A stretch of 64,000 nt of DNA. It comes from an uncultured Gemmatimonadales bacterium. Lineage in GTDB: Bacteria; Gemmatimonadota; Gemmatimonadetes; Gemmatimonadales; GWC2-71-9. Below, in pieces: positions 36,769 through 47,131 of the stretch. The stretch spans positions 128,001 to 192,000 of the forward strand of contig CAVSQW010000014.1 of NCBI GenBank assembly GCA_963730185.1, given 5' to 3'. Under the pieces are notes generated by a model, which saw nothing but the letters and a program-made list of their open reading frames with translations, did no database searches and had not been told where the DNA came from. A program made the position numbers and the translations under genes. Every line of letters starts with the position of its first letter. Position 1 is the first letter of the stretch.

Positions 36769-38178
36769 TCATTCGTGGATCAGCAACGAGGACCGATCGA
36801 TGATCTCTCCCCCTTGAACGACGACTTCAAGGGTCCGCGTGTTCCGGATGTCCTCCAGCGGGTCACTTCCCAGGATGAGCAGATCCGCGCGCTTACCCGG
36901 CTCCACCGTGCCAAGGGTATCTCCGGCGCCAACCATCTCGGCGGCCCGACGCGTTGCCGAAACCAGGGCCTCCATGGGGGTGAGTCCCGCCTCCACCATC
37001 AGTTCCAATTCCTCGTGCATGCTGTAGCCCGGAAAGACAAACGGGTTGCCCGTGTCGGAACCGCCCACGATGGGTACGCCGGCGTCGTGGGCCGACTTGA
37101 GCGCCCGGAGCAGACCTCGACGCCATGCCCAGTCGTCCCGGGAAGGGGGCTCCTTCGGCGCCAATCGGGAGTCGACCAGGCTCTGGATGACCCGTGCCTC
37201 CACCCCGCTTCTCAGAAACGGGTCCGTTAGGATCTGGGACGGCGCACCCCACGTTCCGGCCCAGATGAACAGAGAAAGCGTCGGGACACAGTACACGCCC
37301 TCCTTCGCCATGACCGCGAGGAGCTTCCCGCTGGGAGCCTCAGGATCGTCGACGAGGTGCATGACCCCGCGAACATGGTGTGCGGTGGCTTCCTCCAACT
37401 CATCGAGCGAGGTGGCGTGTGCGAAGACGGGCAGGCCATGCAGCGTCGCTTCGTCCACCGCGGCCGAGACCAGCTCCGGCGGCATCTGAGGATGGTTGTC
37501 GCCGAATACCGCCGGTCCCGACTCGATCACGATCTTGATCCCGTCCATCCCGGCGGCCGCCAGGCGCCTGACAGTCTGGCGGACTTCGTCCGGGGTCCGG
37601 ACGACCCAGACGCCCCGTCGCGACCAATCGTAGGTGGCGGAGTCAGCTCCTTCCGGCAGACTCATGATGGTAGCAATGGGATGGCTTCCCGGTACCGTGA
37701 GCAAGCCACCCGTCGCATAGATCCGAGGTCCCGGCAGGCGACCCTCGGCTTGAAGCCCTCGCAGGTGAAGCACATCGTCGAGGCTGCCGCCAGTTGCCCC
37801 GACATTGAAGATCGTGGTCACGCCGTAGAAGAGGAATTGCCGCAGTACCCTGTCAACCGTGAGCGAGTCGAAGGGAAGGAGCCCGCCAGTGCCGAAATGA
37901 ACGTGCATGTCGGCCAGGCCGGGAATGACGAACTTGCCGGTGGCGTCGATCAGGCGCGTCCCGTCGGGGACAACCGCCTTCTCGGCATCGACGACCCGGG
38001 CGATGAGGCCGTCCCGGATGAGAATGGTGACGTTCGCTCGTGGTGCCGCCCCTGTTCCGTCGATGAGCGTGGTATTGGCGATGGCGAGGTTCGCATTCTG
38101 CGCCAGGGTCGGCCGCGCTGGTCCCATCATCGTGGCCGCGACGAGGAAGGCTGATGTTCGGATCGTGACGCGTGTCAT
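36769..38178 (-). CDS. Amidohydrolase family protein (lower GC, cassette-like)
   Basis: Signal peptide, PGLADMHVH, GIKI, AHA, GGSD, GTVEPGKRADL. Confidence 0.9.
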   Translation of the reverse strand: MTRVTIRTSAFLVAATMMGPARPTLAQNANLAIANTTLIDGTGAAPRANVTILIRDGLIARVVDAEKAVVPDGTRLIDATGKFVIPGLADMHVHFGTGGLLPFDSLTVDRVLRQFLFYGVTTIFNVGATGGSLDDVLHLRGLQAEGRLPGPRIYATGGLLTVPGSHPIATIMSLPEGADSATYDWSRRGVWVVRTPDEVRQTVRRLAAAGMDGIKIVIESGPAVFGDNHPQMPPELVSAAVDEATLHGLPVFAHATSLDELEEATAHHVRGVMHLVDDPEAPSGKLLAVMAKEGVYCVPTLSLFIWAGTWGAPSQILTDPFLRSGVEARVIQSLVDSRLAPKEPPSRDDWAWRRGLLRALKSAHDAGVPIVGGSDTGNPFVFPGYSMHEELELMVEAGLTPMEALVSATRRAAEMVGAGDTLGTVEPGKRADLLILGSDPLEDIRNTRTLEVVVQGGEIIDRSSLLIHE

Positions 38179-38205
38179 CAGAGGTTCTCTGCGGTCTTGC
38201 GATCG

Positions 38206-38349
38206 GTCTAACGTCCTGGACGTCGGCTGCAGCCGCGCCGGATCGAACCTCGAGCGACGCCGCGGGCTGGCGCGCTGACGGAGCCTCAGATTAGCCCCCA
38301 GGGTTTGCGGCAGCGTCTGTGTAGACTGCCCGCCGACTGCCCGTTTGGT
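38206..38349 (-). mobile_element. attC-like site (right arm clear, left arm degenerate)
   Basis: Minus strand ...gcagccgacgtccaggac-GTTAGAC 28 bp before the amidohydrolase ATG; gtcggc/gccgac pairing with the left arm. Confidence 0.5.
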
Positions 38350-38353
38350 GACA

Positions 38354-39919
38354 TCAGCGCCGAGCGGGCTGTCCCGGCTTCGGCGTGGTCTGAGCGATGA
38401 AGGCCCGGAGGTCGTCGTTGGCCCGGGCCAGGTCCTCATGGCGCAGGTACATCATGTGGCCCGACCGGTAACCCTTCCAGGTCATCCGGTCCTGGAACCG
38501 GCCGGCCGGGTCCATGTTCCACATGCTGTACTTCGCGTCGAAGTAGGGGGTGCCACCGTCGAAGTACCCCGACTGCACCATCAGGTGGAGATAGGGATTC
38601 TCGGCCATCGCCTGCTGCAGTCCCTCGCCGGTATGCTCGCCCTGGCGGTTCCAGGGGTTCACCGGCCCGAAGAGCCAGTACTCGAGGTCGGTCTTCCAGC
38701 CCAGCACGTCGCGGAGGTAATAGTTGATCGCCGGGGCGAAGGCGTGGTTCCAGGAGGTGAGCGCCGGGTCGAAGTCCGGCGAGGCGCCGGCGTCTTCCCG
38801 GTCCAGGCCCTGATACCGCGAGTCGAGCCGCCCGACGGTGAGCCCGCGGCTCCGGAGCAGCTCCTTCCAGAAGAAGTTGGTCGGAATCAGCATCGCATGC
38901 TGCCGGACCACCCCCTCGGCGAGCCCGCTGTAGCGAGCATACTGCTTCACCAGCGCGTCGCGGGCGGCCGGGTCCAGCGAGCCGCCCCGGACCAGGCCGG
39001 GGATCAGCTGGTCGACCGTGAACTTCTCGACCTCGGGCAGGACCTGGTCGAGATCGCGGCCCTGGAGGTCGGCCGGGAGGGCCTTGTGGTACCAGGCGGT
39101 CGCCGCGTAGTAGGGCAGCTTGAGGCCGGCGTCGACCGGCCCGTCCCGGGCGATCCCGAGGTCCGTGGGCGAGACCAGGATCACCCCGTTGAAGTACATC
39201 CAGTGGGCGCCCTGGAGCTGCGCGACCAGGCCGGCCACCCGGGTGGTGCCGTAGCTCTCGCCGATCAGGTACTTGGGGCTGGTCCAACGGCCCCGTCGCC
39301 CGACCCAGGCGTCGACCCACTTGGCCAGGTAATTGATGTCCTCGTTGACCCCGAAGAACTGCTCCCGCTTCTGGTCGCCGATGATCCGGGAAAAACCGGT
39401 GTTGACCGGGTCGACGTAGACGATGTCGGCCACGTCGAGGATCGAGCTGGGGTTGTCCTGCACGCCGTAGGGTTGGACCGGATAGCCCTCGTCGTCGATC
39501 CGGAGGATCTTGGGGCCGGTGTAGGCAATGTGCATCCAGAGCGAACCCGAGCCGGGCCCGCCGTTGAAGGAGATTACCAGCGGCCGGGTGCTCCTGTCGG
39601 TAACGTCGGAGCGCTGGTAGTAGACGAAGAACATCGTCGCGATCGGGAGGCCCTTGTCGTCCCAGACCGGCTGGTTGCCGAGGGTAACGTGGTACGGGAC
39701 CTTCTGGCCCTTGATGGTGGCGACCCCGTCGGTGGTGATGGTCGAGTCAGCGGGGAAGCGAACCGCCGCGCCGGTGTCGGCCTTCTGCATCGGGCGGCCG
39801 CTGGCGGTCGGCGGGGCGGCGGGCCGCTGGCCGGGGCGTTGGCCGGACAGCGGCAGGGCGAGGCCCGCCAGCGCGGCGAGGGCCAGGGTCGATCGAAGCA
39901 TGGGGTGTCCGGGGCGCAT
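38354..39919 (-). CDS. S10 serine carboxypeptidase, exported
   Basis: FNGGPGSGS, VYVDPVNTGFS, GESYG, GHMMY; alternative start at 39901. Confidence 0.92.
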   Translation of the reverse strand: MRPGHPMLRSTLALAALAGLALPLSGQRPGQRPAAPPTASGRPMQKADTGAAVRFPADSTITTDGVATIKGQKVPYHVTLGNQPVWDDKGLPIATMFFVYYQRSDVTDRSTRPLVISFNGGPGSGSLWMHIAYTGPKILRIDDEGYPVQPYGVQDNPSSILDVADIVYVDPVNTGFSRIIGDQKREQFFGVNEDINYLAKWVDAWVGRRGRWTSPKYLIGESYGTTRVAGLVAQLQGAHWMYFNGVILVSPTDLGIARDGPVDAGLKLPYYAATAWYHKALPADLQGRDLDQVLPEVEKFTVDQLIPGLVRGGSLDPAARDALVKQYARYSGLAEGVVRQHAMLIPTNFFWKELLRSRGLTVGRLDSRYQGLDREDAGASPDFDPALTSWNHAFAPAINYYLRDVLGWKTDLEYWLFGPVNPWNRQGEHTGEGLQQAMAENPYLHLMVQSGYFDGGTPYFDAKYSMWNMDPAGRFQDRMTWKGYRSGHMMYLRHEDLARANDDLRAFIAQTTPKPGQPARR

Positions 39920-40402
39920 GATCGCTGATTCTACCGGCGAGGGAGGAGCGGAGCAACCGTGTGGCTGGCCGGTGGCCCCGTGGGCGAGGCGAAGCCCGGC
40001 CTCGACAGCTGCACCCTTCATTGAACAGGTCCGCCATCGCGACGGCCCGCACGGAGAGGCGACGGATCACAGCGGGCCCGCTGCTACTTGCGATCTGGTG
40101 CGGGGCCCGCTGGAAGACCAGCTCACTGAGCGCCGCGATGCCGCCGTCGGTGCCTGCTGACCCGTCAACCGAAGGCCGTCTCGTTCAGCAGCACGACCGA
40201 GGGGCGAGGCCGAACCGGGACCGGGGATGTCTCCCTCCACGCCGCTTCCGCACCTGGGGAACGCCTCGTGGGCCGGTCTCCCTCCCCCCGGCGTATTTCT
40301 GGTCAGCCTCGGCGGGGGTCGGGCTTGTCGGGCAAGAGGCCATCCGCCCCATCATGGGCCGGTGGCCACCCCTTGCTTCTCTCCGACCGCCGAGCGTACC
40401 GT

Positions 40403-41140
40403 ATGGGCATGCCCCAACTCGCCCACTCCTGGTCTCGAGACGAAGTGCTCGCCCTGCCGGACGACGGCAAGCGCTACGAGTTGGTCGACGGCGAGCTGCT
40501 GGTGAGCCCGAGTCCACGAGGGCTCCATCAGCGCGCGGTCCTGGAGCTGGTCCTTCGAGTCCAGCCATACGTCCGCACCCACCGGTTGGGCGGTCTCTTG
40601 ATCGCCCCGGCCGACCTCGACCTTCGGTCGGGGCAGCTGGTCCAACCGGACGTGTTCGTGGGCCGGATGGTGGGCGGCCGCGAGCCCGTCGAATGGAGTG
40701 AATTCGGGATCCCGATTCTGGTCGCCGAGGTGCTCTCGCCCTCCACCGCGCGCTACGACCGGGTCACCAAGCGCAGGCTGTACCAGCGATCCGGGGTCGA
40801 GACCTATTGGGTCGTGGACGTCGATGCCCGAGTCGTGGAGGCCTGGACACCGGGGGCGGAGCGGCCGGAGCTGGTCGACCGGACCCTTGGCTGGCGCCCG
40901 GATCCGTCGGTCGAGCCGATCGAGATCGATCTCACCGAGTACTTCGGAGCCGTCCGGTCGGAGGAGCTGCGCTCGTGGATTCGCCGGCGAGCCCTGGCAT
41001 CGGTCCGTGTCCCTGTCGGTCCGTCGCTCAGAAGAACGCGCTCACCGCCGCGTAGCCGAGGACCGGTAGCGACCCATACTCCGACCCCGGCCCCGCCAGC
41101 GTCGTCCCCCGGCCGGCCCCGACGAATGCCCCCAGTCTGA
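40403..41140 (+). CDS. Uma2 family (PD-(D/E)XK) endonuclease-like protein
   Basis: RYELVDGEL...P...HQ, VQPD, VAEVLSPST..D...KRRLY, YWVVD. Recognisable similarity ends near 40960. Confidence 0.85.
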   Translation: MGMPQLAHSWSRDEVLALPDDGKRYELVDGELLVSPSPRGLHQRAVLELVLRVQPYVRTHRLGGLLIAPADLDLRSGQLVQPDVFVGRMVGGREPVEWSEFGIPILVAEVLSPSTARYDRVTKRRLYQRSGVETYWVVDVDARVVEAWTPGAERPELVDRTLGWRPDPSVEPIEIDLTEYFGAVRSEELRSWIRRRALASVRVPVGPSLRRTRSPPRSRGPVATHTPTPAPPASSPGRPRRMPPV

Positions 41141-42215
41141 CCGTGATCGACGACGTCACCGACGCGTCCACCGCCGGCGACACCAGCAGGCTCCCGTCAT
41201 CCAGGTTCCAGAGCGACACCAGATCCAGCCCCACCAGCGGGTGCACCTGCCAGGTACCCTGGAACGCCGCCTCGTCCCGGCCGAGCACCTGGAGCTCCCG
41301 CCGCACGGCCGGCAGCGACACCGCCACCGGGGCGAGCCGTGACGGGCTGGCCGCGCCGAGTCCGTCCCGCTGATACTCCGCCACCAGATAGAGATCGCGG
41401 CCCAGGGCCGTGACCCGCCGGTCGACCCCCACGGCCGCCCGCACCGCTGTCCCGCCCCCGTCCCGGTGCCGCATCTCCGCCTCGGCCCGGATCGCCGAGC
41501 CCAGGACCGTGCGGGTGACGCCGACCGCCGCGGCCGCCTGGTCGTGGAGCGCCCCGGTCCAGGCCGACACCTCCCAGCCTCGCCAGGTGGTCTTGGCCCG
41601 GACCAGCGCCGTGTGCGACGTCCCGCCGGGCACGTCGGCCGGGCGGACCACCAGGTCCACCACCGAGAACGGTCCCGGGAACCACTGGACCCGGAACGCG
41701 TCGACGCCGGTCCGGTATTCGCGGAACGGGTCGGACGGATCCAGTGGCACGAAAGGATCGGCCGGCGTCAGGAAGAGCGTGGTGGCCCAGGCGATGGCCT
41801 GGCGGCCCGCGGTGACGGTCACGGCGCCGTGGGTCCACGCCACGCTCAACCGGTCGAAGCGGTGGCGCCAGGTGGTTCGGGCGCCGTTCTCAATGGTGCC
41901 GTCGAGCGGAAGCCAGTCACCGGCAGAGCCACCGGAAGAGAGGAGTCCGGGAGCCGAGAGCACGGCGTCCCGGCTCCGCCAGTCGAAGGTGTGCTCATAG
42001 GCGAGGTCGATCGTAAAGTTGCCTAACGATGGCTGGAGCATCAGCCGGAGCCGCTGAGCGTCGAGCGCGCCGCCGGGGATGCCGCCTTTCCGGGCGTTGG
42101 CGAGGGCGACGTTCTGGTAGTAGCCGCCGAGCGACCCGGTCTGGCCCCGGGCGACGGCCGGTCGCACCAGAAGGCCGGCGGCCACCGCCGCCAAGGCCAG
42201 CAGACGGCGGGGCAT
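41028..42215 (-). CDS. Putative outer-membrane beta-barrel protein of the ABC operon
   Basis: Signal peptide, TAGRQAIAW motif, amphipathic strands, C-terminal Phe. Confidence 0.75.
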   Translation of the reverse strand: MPRRLLALAAVAAGLLVRPAVARGQTGSLGGYYQNVALANARKGGIPGGALDAQRLRLMLQPSLGNFTIDLAYEHTFDWRSRDAVLSAPGLLSSGGSAGDWLPLDGTIENGARTTWRHRFDRLSVAWTHGAVTVTAGRQAIAWATTLFLTPADPFVPLDPSDPFREYRTGVDAFRVQWFPGPFSVVDLVVRPADVPGGTSHTALVRAKTTWRGWEVSAWTGALHDQAAAAVGVTRTVLGSAIRAEAEMRHRDGGGTAVRAAVGVDRRVTALGRDLYLVAEYQRDGLGAASPSRLAPVAVSLPAVRRELQVLGRDEAAFQGTWQVHPLVGLDLVSLWNLDDGSLLVSPAVDASVTSSITVRLGAFVGAGRGTTLAGPGSEYGSLPVLGYAAVSAFF

Positions 42216-42923
42216 CTAGCCGACCCGTTGGTCGGTCTCGATCCGGCCGTCGACCAGGTGGATCAGCCGCCGGGCCCGCTCCATGACCCGGGGGTCGTGA
42301 GTGGAGAAGACGAAGGTGGTGCCCTCGTCGCGGTTGAGCTGCTCCATGACGTCGAGCAGCGCTTCGCTGGTGACCGAGTCGAGATTGGCGGTGGGCTCGT
42401 CGGCCAGGACCAGCGCCGGATGGCCCACCACCGCCCGCGCCACCGCCACCCGTTGCTGCTGGCCGCCCGAGAGCTTGGACGGCCGCCGGTCTTCCAGGCC
42501 GGCCATGCCGATCCGGTCGAACACCTCGTGCACCCGCCGCTTCCGCTCCTCCGCCCCTACGCCCCGGAGCAGCAACGTGAACTCCGCGTTCTCCTCGGCG
42601 GACAGCACCGGGAGGAGGTTGTAGGCCTGGAAGACGAAGCCCACCTGCTCGAGCCGGAGCCGGGCCAGGGCGCGGTCGCTCAGCTGGGCGAGCGCATGGC
42701 CGGCCACGGTGACCTCGCCGCGGGTGGGCCGGGTCAGGCCGCCCAGCAGGTTGAGGAGCGTGGTCTTGCCGGAGCCGGAGGGGCCGGCCAGGGCGACGAA
42801 CTCGCCCGGCTCGATGGCCAGCGAAACGCCGCGGACGGCTTCGACCGGCGCGGGCTCCTGCTGGTAGATCTTCCAGAGGTCGCGGGTGGCGACGGCGGCT
42901 TGGGGCGGAGCGGAGACGGTCAT
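42216..42923 (-). CDS. ABC transporter ATP-binding protein (LolD/MacB-like)
   Basis: GPSGSGKT, LSGGQQQRVA, LADEPT, STHD. Confidence 0.93.
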   Translation of the reverse strand: MTVSAPPQAAVATRDLWKIYQQEPAPVEAVRGVSLAIEPGEFVALAGPSGSGKTTLLNLLGGLTRPTRGEVTVAGHALAQLSDRALARLRLEQVGFVFQAYNLLPVLSAEENAEFTLLLRGVGAEERKRRVHEVFDRIGMAGLEDRRPSKLSGGQQQRVAVARAVVGHPALVLADEPTANLDSVTSEALLDVMEQLNRDEGTTFVFSTHDPRVMERARRLIHLVDGRIETDQRVG

Positions 42924-44176
42924 TGGTCGATCTGCAAGGCGGTGGCGACGTCGACGCGCGAGGCCTGCCACATAGGGTAGAGGGACGAGAGGACGCCGAG
43001 CGCCAGGACGACGGCCACGCCCTGCCAGGCGCGGGCGAGCCGCGCGGCCGGGTGGACGATCGGGCTCACGATGGCGCCGGAGACGGTCATCTGGTCGCCG
43101 AGCGCGCCGGAGAGATCGATGCCGGTGTGGGCGAGGATGGCCGAGACGCCGAAGCCCAGGGCGAGCCCCAGCCCCCCGCTCACCACGGCCAGCAGCACGC
43201 CCTCGGCCAGCACCACCAGCGCCGTCCCGCGGGACGTCAGGCCCATGGCCCGGAGCAGGCCGAACTCGCGGCCCCGGTGCAGGACGGATACCAGCAGGGC
43301 CTCGAGCACCGCGAGCGCGACCAGGCTGAGGAGCACGGCGTTGAAGAGGTAGTTGCCGAGATCGTCGACCCGGACGGCGGCGTCGAGCTCGGGGCTGGTC
43401 TGGCGCCAGGTGAGGGCCGCCAGCGACGGCGGCAGCGACTCCCGAAGCCGCCCCGCGACCGCCTCGGCCCGGCGCCCGTCGTGGAGCACGATCGCGTACG
43501 AGGTCGCGGCCCCGGGCACGCCGAGCCAGCGGCCCGCGGTGGCGAGGGGCAGGTCGACGAGCCCTTCGTCGACCTCGCGGATCCCGGTCGAGAAGACGCC
43601 CACCACCCGGACCAGCTGCTCGGCCACCTCGCCGGTGCCCTGGGCGGTGAGCACCAGCCGGGAGCCGAGGTCGAGCTGGAGCCGGTCGGCCAGGCCCTTG
43701 CCGACGACCGCGCCGAGCCGGTCGTCGGGGGTCAGGAAGCGGCCCTTCACCAGCTTCGAAGGGAGCAGGGAGAGCGTGGTCTCCTCCGTGGGATCCACCC
43801 CGACCGCCTGGACCGGCACCGCCGAAGCGGCCGAGCTGGCCAGGGCGCTCACGGAAAGACGGGGGGCCGCGGCGGCGATCCAACCGGTCGGCGCGAGCGA
43901 CGCCACCGCCCGGCGGGCCAGGTCCACGTCGGCCGAGTCGAGCCGGTCTTCCAGGAGGCCGCTGGTGTGGAACCGGGGACGCTCGATGGCGACGTGCCCG
44001 TCGCCGAGCCGGACGCCGGCGTCGATCCACTGGGCGTGCATCCCGTCGCCCAGCGCCAGGAAGAAGATCAGCACCCCGACGCCGACCGCCATGGCCGCCA
44101 CGATCAGCAGGCTCCGGCGGGTTTGCCGGACCACGTTGCGCCCGGCCAGCACAGGATGATGGCGGTCGCGGATCAT
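42920..44176 (-). CDS. ABC transporter permease (FtsX/LolE-like)
   Basis: RN...RRSLL, large periplasmic loop, REFGLLRAMG, four TM segments. Confidence 0.9.
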   Translation of the reverse strand: MIRDRHHPVLAGRNVVRQTRRSLLIVAAMAVGVGVLIFFLALGDGMHAQWIDAGVRLGDGHVAIERPRFHTSGLLEDRLDSADVDLARRAVASLAPTGWIAAAAPRLSVSALASSAASAVPVQAVGVDPTEETTLSLLPSKLVKGRFLTPDDRLGAVVGKGLADRLQLDLGSRLVLTAQGTGEVAEQLVRVVGVFSTGIREVDEGLVDLPLATAGRWLGVPGAATSYAIVLHDGRRAEAVAGRLRESLPPSLAALTWRQTSPELDAAVRVDDLGNYLFNAVLLSLVALAVLEALLVSVLHRGREFGLLRAMGLTSRGTALVVLAEGVLLAVVSGGLGLALGFGVSAILAHTGIDLSGALGDQMTVSGAIVSPIVHPAARLARAWQGVAVVLALGVLSSLYPMWQASRVDVATALQIDQ

Positions 44177-44215
44177 TGCGGGGCCCGCCGGCGACGGGAT
44201 GGCCGAGGTCCGCGA

Positions 44216-45479
44216 TCATTGGCGGCCGTCCGAGCGTCTCGGCCGGGGCGATCCGGCTGGTGCGGAAGGCCGGATAGAGCGCGGCCAGCACGGCGGTGAC
44301 CAGGAGCGCGGCCGCGACGGCCAGCGAGGTGTCGAGCGAGGGGTCGGCCTGGAGGACCGGCCGGACCAGGGCGCCGGAGACGGTGAAGTTGCCCACCAGG
44401 GCGCTCGCGTCGGGCGGGGCCACGTGCCACCAGTAGAGGAGCGGCGCGGAGATCAGGGCGCCGGCCAGGAGCGAGAAGGTGCCGAGCAGCAGCCCCTCGT
44501 AGACCACCGACCGGGCCAGCGCTCCCCGCGACACGCCCAGCGCGCCCTCCACCGCGAACTCGCGCCGCCGCTCGAAGGTGGCCATCAGGAGCGTGTTGGT
44601 GACCCCGAAGATGGCCATCAGGAACACGATGGCGACCAGCATCCCGTTGGTGGAGCGGGCCAGGGTCGCGAACGAGGCCAGCTCGGGGCGGAAGACGTTC
44701 CAGGGCTCCACCGCCGCGTGGAGCGGGGCCAGCTCGGGGCGCCGGGTCAGGGAGTCGGCCAGGGCGGCGGCCGCCCACGGATCGTGGAGCGACAGGGCGA
44801 CCTCGTGGATCCGGTCCGGCGGCAGCGCCAGGAGCGTCTGCAGCGCGCCGATCGGCATCACCGCGAGCCCGCCGTCCAGCTCGGCCAGCCCGGTGTGGTA
44901 GACCCCGCTCACCCGGTAGAGGTCGTTCCCGAGCGAGCCGTCGGCGGCGGGAGCTACGACCACCAGCTCGCTTCCGGTCTTGGCGTGGAGCCGGCGGGCG
45001 GTTTCGCTTCCGATCAACACGTCGTGGCTGCCGGCCGAGGGCACCTCGGCGGCCGGCACCCCGGCGAGGATCCGGCTCACGCCGCGCTCGCGGCTCGGAT
45101 CGACGCCCATCAGGAGCCCGGCGATGGTGTAGTCGCCCACGCTCAGGAGGCCGCCGCCGTACACCCGGGGCGCCGCGGCCTCGACCCCGGGCTCGGCCGA
45201 GACGGCGTCGAGCAGCCGGGAGACGTCGGTGCCCTCCTGCCCGCCGATCGTCGACCACGTGTGCCGGGCCGGGAGGTAGTCTTGGGCGTGGATCTGCACC
45301 TGGCCCGAGACGGCGGCGGTGCCGGTGATCACCATCTGCCGGGTCATGCCGTCGGCCACCGCCACCATGGTCACCGCCGCACCGAACCCGAAGGCCAGCG
45401 CGCCGCCGGCCAGGAGGGTGCGGCGCGGGTTCCGCCAGAGGTTCCGGGCGGCGATCCGCCACCAGAGCCGGTCGGACAC
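44216..45479 (-). CDS. ABC transporter permease (FtsX/LolE-like); natural stop is out of frame
   Basis: RNLWRNPRRT, ERRREF..ALG, ALYPA. The expected TGA at 44216-44218 is one base off frame. Confidence 0.8.
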
Positions 45480-46256
45480 CTAACGGCTCCGGCGGAGGTT
45501 GCGGAGTGAGAAGAAGTCGGGCTTCAACCCGAGGTCGAAGGCCAGATCGTGGTACTCGATGACGGTGTGCTCGTCGGGCTTGTCGGTCGGCTCGACCGTG
45601 AGCCGGGCCGGGACCGTGCGCCCGCCCATCTTCCGGTAGTCGCCGAAGCTCATGGTCCGGACCAGGCGGCCGGCGTCGTCGTAGTAGCGCGAGCGGACCG
45701 GCAGCGTGTCGGCCTGGCGGACCTCCATCAGGATCTTGCCCCAGACTACCGGCGCCTCGGGGCGGGGCGTCAGGGTGAACTCCCAGATCTTGGCCCCCTC
45801 GCGCTCGCCCTCGAAGCTGGTGGCAATGTCGTAGTCCTTCACCAGCCGCGATTCCTTCACCAGGTCGTCGTTGGTGAAGTGCGAGCCCATCCAGGCGCCC
45901 TGCATCAGCGAGGCGGGGATCTTGATGGTGCGGTCGACCCGGGGGAGATAGTTCCAGACGTCGTTGTCGACCTTGAGCGTGGCGGTGCCGGCTTCCCGCG
46001 CCGGCGCGTCCACCCGGACCAGGGCGTACTCGGTGCCCAGCGACCACATGGCGAGGTCCAGCGAGCGGGACCACTGCCGGGTCACGATCTTCATGGTCAT
46101 TGTGCCGCGGCTCGACTGGCCCCGGAGCAGCCGGTCGACATGGTCGACCACGGCCTTGGGGTCCTGGGCGCGGGCGGCCCCGGGGGTCGCGGCGAGGAGC
46201 AGGGCGGCCGCGCCTAACGACGCCGGCAGGAAGGACAGGGGTGTGGCGGTCCTCAC
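45480..46256 (-). CDS. Outer-membrane lipoprotein-sorting (LolA-like) protein
   Basis: GTGA overlap with TetR stop; signal peptide; WNYLP...KIP, WMGSHFTNDDL. Confidence 0.85.
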   Translation of the reverse strand: MRTATPLSFLPASLGAAALLLAATPGAARAQDPKAVVDHVDRLLRGQSSRGTMTMKIVTRQWSRSLDLAMWSLGTEYALVRVDAPAREAGTATLKVDNDVWNYLPRVDRTIKIPASLMQGAWMGSHFTNDDLVKESRLVKDYDIATSFEGEREGAKIWEFTLTPRPEAPVVWGKILMEVRQADTLPVRSRYYDDAGRLVRTMSFGDYRKMGGRTVPARLTVEPTDKPDEHTVIEYHDLAFDLGLKPDFFSLRNLRRSR

Positions 46257-46882
46257 GAGGGGCGCTCCGGGTCCAGCATGCGGTGAAAGAGGTCGAGCTC
46301 GGCCGCCACCAAGGTGTTGCGCTCCTTGGGGGTGAGCTCGGTCCAATGGGTGAAGAGCCAGCGGTCGCCCGCCTCGCCCACGGCCAGGACCATCTCGACC
46401 AGGTACTCGAGCGGGAGGTCGGTGCGGACCACGCCCAGCTCCCGCCCGCGGGCGAGGGCGGCCGAGGTCCAGTGGCCGATCCAGTCGAAGACCTTCTTAG
46501 TGGAGCGGGAGCCGCTCCGGTCGCGGAGCCGGAGGAAGGCCCGGGCCAGCCGGACGAACCAGTCGTGCCGCTCCATGAAGTCGACCGACCGGCGGATGGT
46601 GCCCTCGAACGAGGGCCAGAACGTCTCGGCCGTGAGGTCCTCGATCTTGAAGCCGCCGGCCAGGCCCACCAGGCGGACCGTGGCCTTCTCGATCACGGTC
46701 GCGAAGAGGTCGCTCTTGTCGTCGAAGTAGTAGTAGAGCGACCCCTTGCTCATCCCGGCTTTGTCGATGATCCGGTTGAGGGAGGCGCCGTCGTACCCGT
46801 GGTCGGAGAACTCGTCGGCGGCGGCCTCGAACAGCTTCTCCTGTTTGTCGGGATCGAGGTTGTCGAGTCGGTCGCGCGCCAT
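46253..46882 (-). CDS. TetR/AcrR family regulator heading the ABC operon
   Basis: GYDGASLNRII.KAGMSKGSLYYYF. Confidence 0.92.
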   Translation of the reverse strand: MARDRLDNLDPDKQEKLFEAAADEFSDHGYDGASLNRIIDKAGMSKGSLYYYFDDKSDLFATVIEKATVRLVGLAGGFKIEDLTAETFWPSFEGTIRRSVDFMERHDWFVRLARAFLRLRDRSGSRSTKKVFDWIGHWTSAALARGRELGVVRTDLPLEYLVEMVLAVGEAGDRWLFTHWTELTPKERNTLVAAELDLFHRMLDPERPS

Positions 46883-46938
46883 GGGGAACGGGTCGGAGCT
46901 CCGCGGGAAACGAGCACAGACGATGTAGACCGTCAGTG

Positions 46939-46970
46939 CAGACTATGTGGTCTATACTTATGGTATAGAC
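46939..46970. promoter_or_regulatory. Overlapping palindromes, putative TetR operators
   Basis: cagac-tatgtg-gtcta (46939-46954) and perfect gtctatac-N5-gtatagac (46950-46970). Confidence 0.65.
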
Positions 46971-47096
46971 GGAACGTTGTCAAGCCAGGCCCCCCAGATC
47001 CGAGGGCCGCCGCTTCCGCCGAGATGGGCGGATGGGCCGGGCCGCCATCACTCCGTGTGGTCGACCACGACCCAGGTGAGCGCCGAGCAGCGGCGG

Positions 47097-47125
47097 TAGA
47101 CTATACCAACTAGTCGGTATAGACT
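47097..47125 (+). promoter_or_regulatory. Sigma70-type promoter with an embedded 22-bp operator; probably leaderless
   Basis: TAGACT-N17-TAGACT; palindrome ctatacc-a-actagt-c-ggtatag (47101-47122); 6 nt between the -10 and the ATG. Confidence 0.7.
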
Positions 47126-47131
47126 CAAGAC

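Noticed and set aside
40403..41140. Uma2 gene as part of a defence system
   Set aside because: No adjacent methylase, ATPase or other defence genes; solitary Uma2 genes are common.
42216..45479. 1087-aa permease-ATPase fusion in the ORF track
   Set aside because: The middle is an out-of-frame read of permease 2. It results from a one-base shift near 44230, and the ATPase has its own ATG at 42923.
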